A stretch of DNA of 64,000 nt from Minisyncoccota bacterium (GTDB lineage: Bacteria > Patescibacteriota > Minisyncoccia > Phycocordibacterales > WO2-35-19). Both the position numbers and the translations under genes were made by a program. The stretch's first letter is position 1, and each line of letters opens with the position of its first letter. The stretch is taken from the NCBI GenBank assembly GCA_036517255.1, contig DATDXE010000014.1, positions 9,994-73,993 of the forward strand. The letters are read 5' to 3'. This document shows, one piece after another, positions 49,355 through 57,969 of the stretch. The notes beneath the pieces are model-generated. The model was given only the letters and a program-made list of their open reading frames with translations, had not been told where the DNA came from and ran no database searches.

Positions 49355-49636
49355 ATGTTGAAAATTCCTTTTTTAAAAAATAATAAGGCTCCGACCTTGG
49401 TAGGTTTGCACAAAAAAGCTACTTCTCCTGGTGCGGTATGGATAATTATCATTCTGACCTCTGTTGCCCTAGTTTTTATTTGTGCCTTGTATTCTCTATA
49501 TATATCGGTGCGCCTCTTAAATAATGATCCGTTTGTGCGCGCCCGCGATACCTCTCTTGAGCTATCAAAAAATATCAATGTAGAACGCTTGGAAAAAGCA
49601 GTGCAAATAATAAAAGAGAAACAAAATCAATTTTGA
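49355..49636 (+). CDS. Small membrane protein in the pil operon
   Basis: 93 aa, one TM helix. Confidence 0.6.
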   Translation: MLKIPFLKNNKAPTLVGLHKKATSPGAVWIIIILTSVALVFICALYSLYISVRLLNNDPFVRARDTSLELSKNINVERLEKAVQIIKEKQNQF

Positions 49637-49681
49637 CACCTGACTTGGTTCAGGTAGATTGATAGGAGGAAAGGAGGGCGC

Positions 49682-50029
49682 ATGCCCATCGATCAGAATA
49701 AACTAGCTTTCTTCATCGAGAAGGGACTCGTGTTTGTCGAGAGTGGGCTGGTCGGAGAGGCGAGGGACTGTTACATACGCATTGCGGTGGGTAGTAGACC
49801 TCTCTTTCAGGCTTGTGTCCTCGGCATCGCTCTCGCTGGGAAGCTTAGAAGTCCGGCTGACGCCGTGAGCCTTTTTCCGAAAGATGGAAGTTGGCCTCAT
49901 TTGGCCCACCTTCTTGATTGTGATTTGGAACTAGCTCGGCGGGTCGTGGCTTACCACATGTCGGGTGAGAGTGCCAAAGAAATCATGCTACTTCTTCGGG
50001 CTGGTCCCCTCGAGCATCTCACTTTCTAG
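49682..50029 (+). CDS. Hypothetical protein (stand-alone cassette)
   Basis: TTGACA 49633, TAGATT 49655, SD GAGGAAAGGAGGG, hairpin terminator at about 50047-50080. Confidence 0.7.
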   Translation: MPIDQNKLAFFIEKGLVFVESGLVGEARDCYIRIAVGSRPLFQACVLGIALAGKLRSPADAVSLFPKDGSWPHLAHLLDCDLELARRVVAYHMSGESAKEIMLLLRAGPLEHLTF

Positions 50030-50176
50030 CCCCCAACTAAACGATCCCGGGTCGCCCTCACAGGTGGCCCGGTTTCTGTTTGTGTAAGGAGGTAATTAAT
50101 TTAAGGAGTGCGTGTAGTTATAAAAACAGAAACCGCCGAAGCAGGTTTCTGCTCGGCGGAATTAAATAATGAAGAG

Positions 50177-50455
50177 TCAGACTGAGACTGGCTTGATCCC
50201 GCCAATCCCAGCCATTTCAGATGCGAATCGGAGAGCTTTGCGAGCGACCTCATCGGCAACTGTGGCGATTGCCAGCGGTGTCTCTTGTAGATCACCATTC
50301 TGGTAAACATTCACCACTCCCATACCAGTCGGAAGTTGGGTTACCATTACAACTGAAGTAGTTATCCCTTCCTCCTCTTTGGCACGCTTGCTCCAGTAGG
50401 CAAGCAGAAGTATGGTTTCCTGGAGTTTCTCACTTGCTGAGATTGTTGCGGGCAT
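50177..50455 (-). CDS. Hypothetical protein
   Basis: 92 aa; AAAGGA SD; co-oriented with the upstream ORF. Confidence 0.6.
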   Translation of the reverse strand: MPATISASEKLQETILLLAYWSKRAKEEEGITTSVVMVTQLPTGMGVVNVYQNGDLQETPLAIATVADEVARKALRFASEMAGIGGIKPVSV

Positions 50456-50470
50456 AATCTTCTGTCCTTT

Positions 50471-50785
50471 CTAGTTATTACCCGGAATGATCCAAGCGAC
50501 GAGTCGCAGACCCTCCGTAGTTCCTTTCTCGTTCAGATGAGCTACAACTCTCTCTTTCTCCACATCCGCTTCTTCAGCAGTTTGGAAGATCTGAAAGAAA
50601 GTCTTTGGTTCTCCGCAGTGTTCTTGAGGCGGAGCTCCGAGGAGATACTTTTTGCTTTCCTCGCCCTCTTTGACGATGAGTCCGATGGCAAAGTTTCCTT
50701 CCAAGAGGACGGTTTGGCACTTCTTACAACCTTGAGTGATGCCGTGAGGGTGTGTTACCACTTGCACGACTAATGAATTTTCCAT
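50471..50785 (-). CDS. Hypothetical protein with CxxC and HC (possible Zn binding)
   Basis: ATG 50785 after GGAAAGGGGA SD; TTGACA-17-TAATTT promoter. Confidence 0.65.
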   Translation of the reverse strand: MENSLVVQVVTHPHGITQGCKKCQTVLLEGNFAIGLIVKEGEESKKYLLGAPPQEHCGEPKTFFQIFQTAEEADVEKERVVAHLNEKGTTEGLRLVAWIIPGNN

Positions 50786-50836
50786 TGAGAACGGTTCCCC
50801 TTTCCGCAACAAAATTACCTTTTTGGGAAGGGTTTG

Positions 50837-51076
50837 TCAAATCAATCTTTTGTTTCTAAAAGCAAATCCTGAACTGGATTTTAGATACCTCTCAAATTCT
50901 TGTGATTTGGTTTTGTTTTCAAAAGCTCCATACCAAACTAATTTAAATGGAGCCTTTGTGGAGGAGTATGTGGCCTTACTATTATTATGTTCAGTAATTC
51001 TTCTTTTTATATCCGATGTTGAACCAATATAAAAAGTTTTATCTTTTAAACTTTGAATTATATAACAGTAGTACAT
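50837..51076 (-). CDS. GIY-YIG nuclease (small, stand-alone)
   Basis: YCYIIQS....FYIGST.DI.RR...HN; ERYLKS. Confidence 0.9.
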   Translation of the reverse strand: MYYCYIIQSLKDKTFYIGSTSDIKRRITEHNNSKATYSSTKAPFKLVWYGAFENKTKSQEFERYLKSSSGFAFRNKRLI

Positions 51077-51129
51077 AGGTATTTGCCCCACGTCGCCCCA
51101 CTCCACTACGTTACGCGGGGCTATGCGGG

Positions 51130-51234
51130 ACCACTTCGCTTTTTATAATAACGAAATTAGTACTATTTTGAAAATTGTTTTTCTGGTGCTTGCACCGCGA
51201 AGCTTTTGGAGCATAGCGGAAAAAGCGAAGTGGT
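51130..51234. repeat. 15-bp inverted repeat overlapping the tRNA-Arg 3' end
   Basis: ACCACTTCGCTTTTT (51130-51144) / AAAAAGCGAAGTGGT (51220-51234). Confidence 0.75.
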
Positions 51235-51305
51235 GCTCCCGGCAGGAATCGAACCTACATCAACTCCTTAGAAGAGAGCTGCTCTATCCATTGAGCTACG
51301 GGAGC
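51231..51305 (-). tRNA. tRNA-Arg(TCT)
   Basis: Anticodon loop CTTCTAA; encoded CCA. Confidence 0.93.
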
Positions 51306-51369
51306 AATCTTACTCACGCGCCGATTGCTGTGGCGTTGGAACCAGTTTAATACAAAAAGGAAGTACGAG

Positions 51370-51624
51370 CTAGCCGTACTCCTTTATGAGTTTTGCCACT
51401 TCTTCTTCGGAGATCGGCCCGTAAGTGTAACACCGATCTTCTTCCTCTGGTTCGCAGCAGTCGCATTCAAAGTCGTCTTCCCACTGAATGTAACGACCGT
51501 CTGGCAACTTGAAAACATGAGCGCACCAATGAGCTGTCGGCAATATGCAACTAGTGTCGCACTTGCCGTAGTCTTGGAAAATATCCTCTTTTCGGGGAGG
51601 ATTTGCGTAGCAAAGTTCAGCCAT
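51370..51624 (-). CDS. Small Cys/His-rich acidic protein
   Basis: C....CILP..HWC.H and CDCC motifs; own SD. Confidence 0.6.
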   Translation of the reverse strand: MAELCYANPPRKEDIFQDYGKCDTSCILPTAHWCAHVFKLPDGRYIQWEDDFECDCCEPEEEDRCYTYGPISEEEVAKLIKEYG

Positions 51625-51678
51625 ATCGATCCTTCCCTTCTGAAGACTAATCTACCCTAGATAGTATCAAATTCAAAG

Positions 51679-51751
51679 TGCGGGATGCAGGACTCGAACC
51701 TGCGACCTTCCCAGTGTAAATGGGTTGCTCTACCAACTGAGCTAATCCCGC
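51679..51751 (-). tRNA. tRNA-Val(TAC)
   Basis: Anticodon loop TTTACAC; GTTCGAG T-loop. Confidence 0.93.
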
Positions 51752-51830
51752 AATCGGATGAAAGCTAAATGTGCGATATTTAAAACAGGAACAAATATAC
51801 CATAACATTAATTTATGGCATAGTATATAA

Positions 51831-52574
51831 ATGCAACCGGAAATAATCTATGAAGATGAAAGTATCGTGGCTGTAAATAAGCCTTCTGGACTCTTGGTCC
51901 ATCCTGCTTCATCTACAGAAAGGCCGGACGCTATTTCTAAAGAAGAAACTCTTTCTGATTGGGTATTGGCAAAATATCCTGGAACGGCTGAAGTGGGTGA
52001 GCCGATTATTTTAAAAACAGGAGAAATCATAAAAAGGCCGGGTATCGTGCATCGGTTGGACAAAGAGACGAGCGGTGTTATCCTCATCGCTAAAACAGAG
52101 GAAGCTTTCCAGCATTTGAAATCGCAATTTAAAAACAGGCAAATAGAAAAAACATATCGGGCTTTTGTGTGGGGGAATTTTAAAGAGCTCGAGGGAGAAA
52201 TAAATAAACCTATTGGTCGAAGCGTTTCTGATTTTAGAAAGAAGTCGGCTGGCCGCGGAGCTACTGGCTTACAAAGAGAAGCTCTTACTTTATACAAAGT
52301 CATAGCTCAAAATAATGAGAATGCCTATTTGGAAGTGTATCCTAAAACGGGACGCACTCATCAGATAAGGGTACATTTGCAGTCGATAAGCCGGCCTGTT
52401 GTCGGTGATACTCTCTATGCTCCGAAACTGCCTCTAGCTTTGGGCTTCGAGCGCCTTGCTTTGCATGCTCTTTCAGTCAAGTTCCTCGACCTTTCTGGGA
52501 AAGAAATCTCTGTCTTAGCTCCTCTGCCCCAGGATTTTAAAGAGGCGGAAGCTTGCTTTTTAGACAACAAATGA
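51831..52574 (+). CDS. RluA/RluD family pseudouridine synthase
   Basis: NKPSGLLVHP, HRLDKETSG, TGRTHQIRVH, LHA. Confidence 0.95.
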   Translation: MQPEIIYEDESIVAVNKPSGLLVHPASSTERPDAISKEETLSDWVLAKYPGTAEVGEPIILKTGEIIKRPGIVHRLDKETSGVILIAKTEEAFQHLKSQFKNRQIEKTYRAFVWGNFKELEGEINKPIGRSVSDFRKKSAGRGATGLQREALTLYKVIAQNNENAYLEVYPKTGRTHQIRVHLQSISRPVVGDTLYAPKLPLALGFERLALHALSVKFLDLSGKEISVLAPLPQDFKEAEACFLDNK

Positions 52575-52650
52575 TATAATATAGGTAGATGCAGAAAGGA
52601 CCCCAAGCCCCTGCACAAGTGTGTTTTTAACGAAAGATGAGGGCGACTAT

Positions 52651-53361
52651 ATGTCGATTGCATCTACTGTAAAAGAAGGTCAGATCGATGAGATCTGCCG
52701 GACTGCCGACGCATTTACGAAATCCGTGGTGCGTACTGCTCTCGAAGAATTGATTGCCGAAGGCGAACTCGAAACTGAGGGAGCTCAGCGGGTAATCTCA
52801 AATGGTGATCGTCTGAGAGCCAAAATGATCCCCGCCTACAAGGTGGCGATTGCGGAACTCTCAACGAAAAGAACGAGCTGTCTTGCACTCATTTCGAGTG
52901 GCAAGAAGGTCGTCATCAAGGCTACGACTGGCAAGAAATTGATCAGTGGGGCTAAGGACACGTTCCCTGGTTGGATCGATGCCGACTTTACAAATTACGG
53001 CTGCGATGTTCTCGGAGAGGCGAAGCCGGAAACGCCAGTCGAAGTCTTCGAGATGACAGCTGCCGCTGATTTCTCGGGCATATTTGGGAGTTTCGATGTT
53101 GAGCTCGATGATCTCGCCTTCGACCAAGAGCAGGTGATCGAGTTTGCCCGCGAAAATACAGACTGGCTTCATCCGGAAGGCTACGCCACCTTGCTTCTTT
53201 TCAAAGTTGGAAAAGGTGGGAAAAAGAAGTTCTTCGTGGCGCGTGTCTGCCGGAGTGCCGGCCGTCTCGAGGCCTATGCCCACCACTTTTCGATCGACTA
53301 TGTCTGGGATGCCGAGCACCGGTATCGTGTGGTTGTCCCGCAACTGAAACTCAAATCTTAG
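52651..53361 (+). CDS. DGR2 target protein with C-terminal variable region
   Basis: ATG 52651 after GAGGG; 3' end matches TR2. Confidence 0.92.
   Translation: MSIASTVKEGQIDEICRTADAFTKSVVRTALEELIAEGELETEGAQRVISNGDRLRAKMIPAYKVAIAELSTKRTSCLALISSGKKVVIKATTGKKLISGAKDTFPGWIDADFTNYGCDVLGEAKPETPVEVFEMTAAADFSGIFGSFDVELDDLAFDQEQVIEFARENTDWLHPEGYATLLLFKVGKGGKKKFFVARVCRSAGRLEAYAHHFSIDYVWDAEHRYRVVVPQLKLKS
53230..53346 (+). repeat. DGR2 variable region (VR2)
   Basis: 117 bp; 16 mismatches to TR2, all at TR adenines. Confidence 0.96.
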
Positions 53362-53381
53362 GGCTCGACCCTTTGATTCTC

Positions 53382-53429
53382 AATCCCTTGGACCCTCTAT
53401 CAACTTTGGTTGGTATGGCCCAAGGGATT
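53382..53429. other. Hairpin downstream of VR2
   Basis: AATCCCTTGG / CCAAGGGATT 10-bp stem with an inner stem. Confidence 0.7.
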
Positions 53430-53664
53430 TTTGTTATACTAATATTCCAATATATGGATGCATCGCGGTCATGACTTCGATGCCATGATTGGGTGAAAAT
53501 ATTATTTGAGAATTTTGTTGGCTACGGCTTATAGAAGAGTAGATATATTTTTACAAACAAAAAATATTTAGTTGGTGTAGTAAACTGGAGGACTTTTATG
53601 TCCCAAATAATATAGCTTTTTGTCGTGATTCGGCAGATTGCTTTTTGGATGGTTTACTGCACAT

Positions 53665-53781
53665 TTCTTCGTGGCGAATGTCTACCGGAATGCCGGCAAT
53701 CTCAAGGCCAATGCCAACCACTTTTCGAACGACAATGTCTGGAATGCCGAGAACCGGAATCGTGTGGTTGTCCCGAAACTA
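53665..53781 (+). repeat. DGR2 template region (TR2)
   Basis: AAY-rich 117-bp copy of VR2. Confidence 0.96.
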
Positions 53782-53804
53782 GTTATTTCTTCCCGAGAAA
53801 TTTA

Positions 53805-54183
53805 TTACTTCGCGGGGAGTTTTGTTTCCAAGCCTTTCTTCCATCCTCCGAGCATTCGACCTATCTCTTCAAGTTTCACTGACAGTTCAGAATGTTTTTC
53901 TGTCGGTATGAGTTTATTCTCCCAAGCTAGTTGCACGAAGAATTTTACTGCATCGAGTTTTGAGATCGTCTTCCTAAGTGCTATAATTTTCTCTACTGTT
54001 GGCAGATAAGCTGAATTTAGAGTGTATTCCAGGAGAGATAAGAGACTCTGGTCTAATCTATAACCGATTCCGAACCTTTCGACCCTAGGGAAGTTCCTTA
54101 AAATATTGAGCCAGAGAGAATAAACCTCTTTTTCTTTTATAATTACCACGGGCGGTCGTGCGGGGGGGGGGCATTATTGTCAT
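53805..54183 (-). CDS. avd: Avd-like accessory protein, antisense; in-frame part 53805-54149, upstream ATGs 54183 and 54174 out of frame across a C10 tract
   Basis: FPRVERFGIGYRLD and EIGRMLGGWKK Avd/four-helix-bundle motifs. Confidence 0.88.
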
Positions 54184-54204
54184 ATTTTTTGTGTTCTAAT
54201 TTTT

Positions 54205-55203
54205 ATGAAAAATAAAATAATCATCTCTTATCTAGATATTATATCAGTTCAAAATCTTTACGAAGCATGGGAAGAATTTCTGCCCGGAAAAAAGAAGAAA
54301 GAAGATGTGGCAGAATTTGCATTAAATTTGTCTAGTAATATTTTAAAATTGCATTCCGATCTAGTTAATAGAAATTATACCCATGGAGCTTACAAAGCTT
54401 TTAACATTTCTGACCCAAAACCTCGTAATATTCATAAAGCCTCTGTTCGCGATCGGCTCTTGCACCATGCTATTTATAAAATCCTGTACCCATACTTCGA
54501 TAGGCTTTTTATTTTTGACTCATATTCCTGTCGTGTGGCTAAAGGAACACACAAAGCCATAGAAAGATTTAAAAAATTTGGAAACCAAGTCTCCAAGAGC
54601 AATACCAAAACTTGTTGGGTTTTGAAGTGTGACATACGAAAATTTTTTGCAAGTATAAATCATAAGATTTTGCTAGACATTTTAAAAAAATATATAAAAG
54701 ACCGAGAAATCATTTGGCTTCTAGAAAGAATTATATTAAGTTTCTTTTCAACAAAGGTTGGGGTCGGTTTACCTCTGGGCAATCTTACGTCTCAACTTTT
54801 GGTGAATATTTATATGAATGAATTTGATCAATATATAAAACATATATTAAAAATTCGACATTATATACGTTATGCCGATGATTTTGTTTTTCTTGATACT
54901 GATAAGGATCGGCTTTTGGAACTTATTCCTAGGACAGCTGATTTTCTAGACGAGCACCTCAAACTACAAATTCATCCTGACAAACTGTTTATCCGAACTC
55001 TTGCTTCTGGCTTGGATTTTCTCGGCTGGGTACATTTTCCGAAATATCGAGTATTGCGGACCGTAACAAAAAGGAGAATGTTCAAAAGAATAAAAGAAGT
55101 AGAGTGGAATAAAGAGACGGTAGGTTCTTATCTTGGGATGCTAAGATGGGGGGATAATTACAATCTGGAGCAGATTATAGAAGATGAAAAATCGTTGCAC
55201 TGA
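54205..55203 (+). CDS. DGR reverse transcriptase
   Basis: KPRNIH, RDRLLHH, KCDIRKFF, GLPLGNLTSQ, YIRYADDF, DFLG. Confidence 0.96.
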   Translation: MKNKIIISYLDIISVQNLYEAWEEFLPGKKKKEDVAEFALNLSSNILKLHSDLVNRNYTHGAYKAFNISDPKPRNIHKASVRDRLLHHAIYKILYPYFDRLFIFDSYSCRVAKGTHKAIERFKKFGNQVSKSNTKTCWVLKCDIRKFFASINHKILLDILKKYIKDREIIWLLERIILSFFSTKVGVGLPLGNLTSQLLVNIYMNEFDQYIKHILKIRHYIRYADDFVFLDTDKDRLLELIPRTADFLDEHLKLQIHPDKLFIRTLASGLDFLGWVHFPKYRVLRTVTKRRMFKRIKEVEWNKETVGSYLGMLRWGDNYNLEQIIEDEKSLH

Positions 55204-55232
55204 AGCACTTTATGTGTTAGATTTGTCCAGTC

Positions 55233-55682
55233 ATGATTATTTCGCCTGTAAATATCGAAGAGAGAGAAAAGCTCGACCTCCGCAGTGGGGACACTATTCG
55301 CGTTACTCAGAAAATCACTGAAAAAGATAAGAAAACAGGCAAACCTAAAGTTCGTCTCCAATTGTTCGAAGGCTTGTGCCTCGCAGTAAAGCACGGCAAG
55401 GAAGCGGGAGGCACTTTCACCTTGAGAAAAGTGGCGAGTGGGGTGGGGGTAGAAAGAATTTTCCCTTTGTATTCTCCATCTATCGATAAAATAGAAGTTA
55501 CAAAAAGATCAAAAGTGCGCAGAGCCAAGCTCTATCACATTCGCGAAAAAGCTGCCAAAGAAATCAAGAGGCAGATGAGGAATATAAGAACTCTACCTGA
55601 AGTTTCCGTGCCCGAAGAAATACTTGAACCTATAGAAAATATCGCTCCGGAAACTCAAAAACAAGAAGCCAAAGTTGAATAA
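55233..55682 (+). CDS. rplS: 50S ribosomal protein L19
   Basis: GDTIRV, FEG, GVGVERIFPLYSP, KVRRAKLY. Confidence 0.96.
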   Translation: MIISPVNIEEREKLDLRSGDTIRVTQKITEKDKKTGKPKVRLQLFEGLCLAVKHGKEAGGTFTLRKVASGVGVERIFPLYSPSIDKIEVTKRSKVRRAKLYHIREKAAKEIKRQMRNIRTLPEVSVPEEILEPIENIAPETQKQEAKVE

Positions 55683-55711
55683 AGCTCAAATTTAAATATA
55701 CTTTAGCTATT

Positions 55712-55793
55712 GCCCAGGTGGAGAAATTGGTAGACTTACTACCTTGAGGTGGTAGCGCCGAAAGGCATGCAGGTTCGAGTCCTGTCCTGGGCA
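55712..55793 (+). tRNA. tRNA-Leu(GAG)
   Basis: CTACC-TTGAGGT-GGTAG anticodon arm; variable arm. Confidence 0.93.
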
Positions 55794-55806
55794 CTCGGTT
55801 ATTAAT

Positions 55807-55881
55807 GGTGGCTATAGTTTAGTGGTAAAACTCCGGTTTGTGGAACCGGTATCGAGAGTCCGATTCTCTCTAGCCACCCCA
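55807..55881 (+). tRNA. tRNA-His(GTG)
   Basis: G-1, CCGGT-TTGTGGA-ACCGG anticodon arm, encoded CCA. Confidence 0.92.
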
Positions 55882-55949
55882 AAATTACAAATATACGGAT
55901 TTTGAAAATTTAATACGTGAGGGGCCTGGAGTGACCAGGCCCCGGGGCG

Positions 55950-56327
55950 TTATGCTCGTTCCACATTCTTCATCCACCATACGGAGTAGAGCATTTCATC
56001 TTCGGTCACTCCGCTCTGTCGCCTTGAGACGACTTGAACGTAATCAGGGTGTGAACGCATCAGTTTGCGTCCCTTTCCTCTTACCACGGCGATGGACCCG
56101 GACACCCTGTTCTTCACTAAGTCCCCAGGTTTGAGCGAACTTTTTTCAGTTGCGCTGATAGGGCGACACAGCGATTCTATTGATGCCAATACGAAAAATA
56201 TGGTCGGCTTCGAAATTGCGTTTCGAAACCGACCGCGCCGCTCACAAGGAGCGGGGCTGGCGGAAAGGATGAGACCCTTGCCGACAACATGCACGCCTCG
56301 TGTATCCTCGCGGTCGAATGGTATCAA
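55950..56327 (-). CDS. Hypothetical protein (start uncertain; C-terminal KOW/SH3-like segment)
   Basis: LKPGDLVKNR segment; hairpin after the stop; 5' part overlaps a structured region. Confidence 0.4.
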   Translation of the reverse strand: MIPFDREDTRGVHVVGKGLILSASPAPCERRGRFRNAISKPTIFFVLASIESLCRPISATEKSSLKPGDLVKNRVSGSIAVVRGKGRKLMRSHPDYVQVVSRRQSGVTEDEMLYSVWWMKNVERA

Positions 56328-56426
56328 GAGAGCCGCCCGCGGTCAACAAGTTATCCACAGTTGCCGTCTGGAGTGGAACCTAGTCTGCCAACCAAGTCCG
56401 CGCTGCCACTGCCCAACCCCTGCGCA

Positions 56427-57080
56427 TCATGAGTTGACTGGCTTTTTCCACATAACCCAAAACATAACAACAAGAAACATAGCTATCGAAAGGTAGAGTG
56501 AGAATTCTCTAAAGGCTTCCGTCAGCACCAACGATCCGAAATAAACTGTCACAAGGTGACTTGGTATCAAGCCTATCAAAGTACCGAGCATATAATCGCT
56601 GAAACTTATTTTGGTAATACCCATTAGGAGGGAGAGGATATTGAAGGGCATGATCGGAGTGATGCGTAAAATCACGACCGCAGTCAAACCTCTTTTCGAT
56701 ACTCTGTCGTAATAGCCGTTGAATTTTTCTAAAGATTCTTTTTCCAAAATATTTTCGATGAAAAGCCGACCCAAGAGGCGAGAGACGATGAATATAATGG
56801 AAGCACTCACCATCCCAGCTACCAAACTGTAGAGTGTGCCTTCGGTAAATCCGAAAAGTACTCCAGCGATCGCCATGAGTGGGGTGGTCGGCGTGACCAT
56901 ACTGAGGAAAGCGTAGAGACTCATGAAAATAATCGGCGCTTTTTGGGAAGCTTCGACATAACTTCGGATTTCTTCTATCGGGATACGATCACCCCATACT
57001 GAATAACTGAAAAGACCGACAATGATGACGCCGGAAAATATGAGAAAGAGGATTGTTCTAAATTTGCCCCACTTTGACAT
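56427..57080 (-). CDS. TVP38/TMEM64 (VTT/DedA) membrane protein
   Basis: AGVLFG, SRLLGR, LRITPIMPFN, YMLGTLIG. Confidence 0.88.
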   Translation of the reverse strand: MSKWGKFRTILFLIFSGVIIVGLFSYSVWGDRIPIEEIRSYVEASQKAPIIFMSLYAFLSMVTPTTPLMAIAGVLFGFTEGTLYSLVAGMVSASIIFIVSRLLGRLFIENILEKESLEKFNGYYDRVSKRGLTAVVILRITPIMPFNILSLLMGITKISFSDYMLGTLIGLIPSHLVTVYFGSLVLTEAFREFSLYLSIAMFLVVMFWVMWKKPVNS

Positions 57081-57098
57081 ACGTGTATCATATCATTT

Positions 57099-57962
57099 AT
57101 GGATTACTCACTTCTAGATTCGGGGGATCAGCGCAAGCTCGAGAGGTTCGGAGAGTTTGTTCTCTCCCGTCCTGAAAGCCAGGCTCTTTGGAAAAAAGCT
57201 CTATCTGACGAAGAGTGGCAGAAAGCAGATGCTACTTTTGAAAAAGGTGTGGGTTGGCAGACGCAGAAAGGATTACCAGATGGCGGATGGACAGTAGAGA
57301 TAGGAGGAATAAAATTTAAAATAAATCTCAAATCATTCAAACACACTGGTGTTTTCCCTGAGCAAATTGAAAATTGGCATTTTATTGAAAATTTATTAAA
57401 AATTAAAAATTCTAAATTAAAAATTTTAAACTTATTCGGTTATACGGGTGGGGCTACTATTGCCGCGGCTCGAAGTGGCCGAGAGCAGAATGCCGAGGTG
57501 GAAGTAGTGCATGTCGATGCTTCCAAACCTTCAGTTTCGGCCGCTAAAGAAAACGCCATTTTAAATGGCTTAGAAAAAGCAAATATCAGGTATATTGTCG
57601 ACGATGCACATGCTTTTGTAAAAAGAGAAATAAAAAGACAAGAAAAAGGAGTAGCTAAGTATGATGCCCTCATTCTTGATCCTCCTTCGTTCGGCCGTGG
57701 AGCCAAGGGAGAAGTGTGGAAAATAGAAGAGGATTTGGTGCCACTTCTTGAAGCATGTAAAAGTATCCTCTCCGACAATCCTGCTTTCGTTTTATTAAAT
57801 GGCTATGCCTCGGGCTATTCTCACACTACTTATGCAGAGCTTCTACAGTCAGTATTTCAATTTACTTCTGGTTCTATAGAATCGGGCGAACTTTCTCTAA
57901 AAGAAAGTTCGCCCCGCGCTTTCTCCCTCCCTGCAGGGATTTTTGCTAGGTGGAAAGCTTAA
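57099..57962 (+). CDS. Class I SAM-dependent methyltransferase (RlmI/RlmK-like)
   Basis: KHTGVFPEQ, LNLFGYTGG, ILDPPSFGRG. Confidence 0.9.
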   Translation: MDYSLLDSGDQRKLERFGEFVLSRPESQALWKKALSDEEWQKADATFEKGVGWQTQKGLPDGGWTVEIGGIKFKINLKSFKHTGVFPEQIENWHFIENLLKIKNSKLKILNLFGYTGGATIAAARSGREQNAEVEVVHVDASKPSVSAAKENAILNGLEKANIRYIVDDAHAFVKREIKRQEKGVAKYDALILDPPSFGRGAKGEVWKIEEDLVPLLEACKSILSDNPAFVLLNGYASGYSHTTYAELLQSVFQFTSGSIESGELSLKESSPRAFSLPAGIFARWKA

Positions 57963-57969
57963 AACTTCC

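Larger units (their letters stand above)
52572..55203 (+). mobile_element. Diversity-generating retroelement DGR2
   Basis: Target with VR, TR with A-only mismatches, Avd-like gene and DGR-type RT. Confidence 0.95.

Noticed and set aside
32561-52574. Both DGRs lie directly after RNA-modification genes (TrmH, RluA)
   Set aside because: The two genes are unrelated with no shared junction sequence; two cases are compatible with chance.
53638-54009. 123-aa plus-strand ORF through TR2
   Set aside because: Same explanation. The equal length to the TR1 ORF is noted, but the TTG start, lack of SD and overlap with avd argue against coding.
56351-56359. Perfect DnaA box TTATCCACA (also TGTGGATAA near 22658)
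   Set aside because: Isolated single boxes far from dnaA; insufficient to call an origin or regulatory site.
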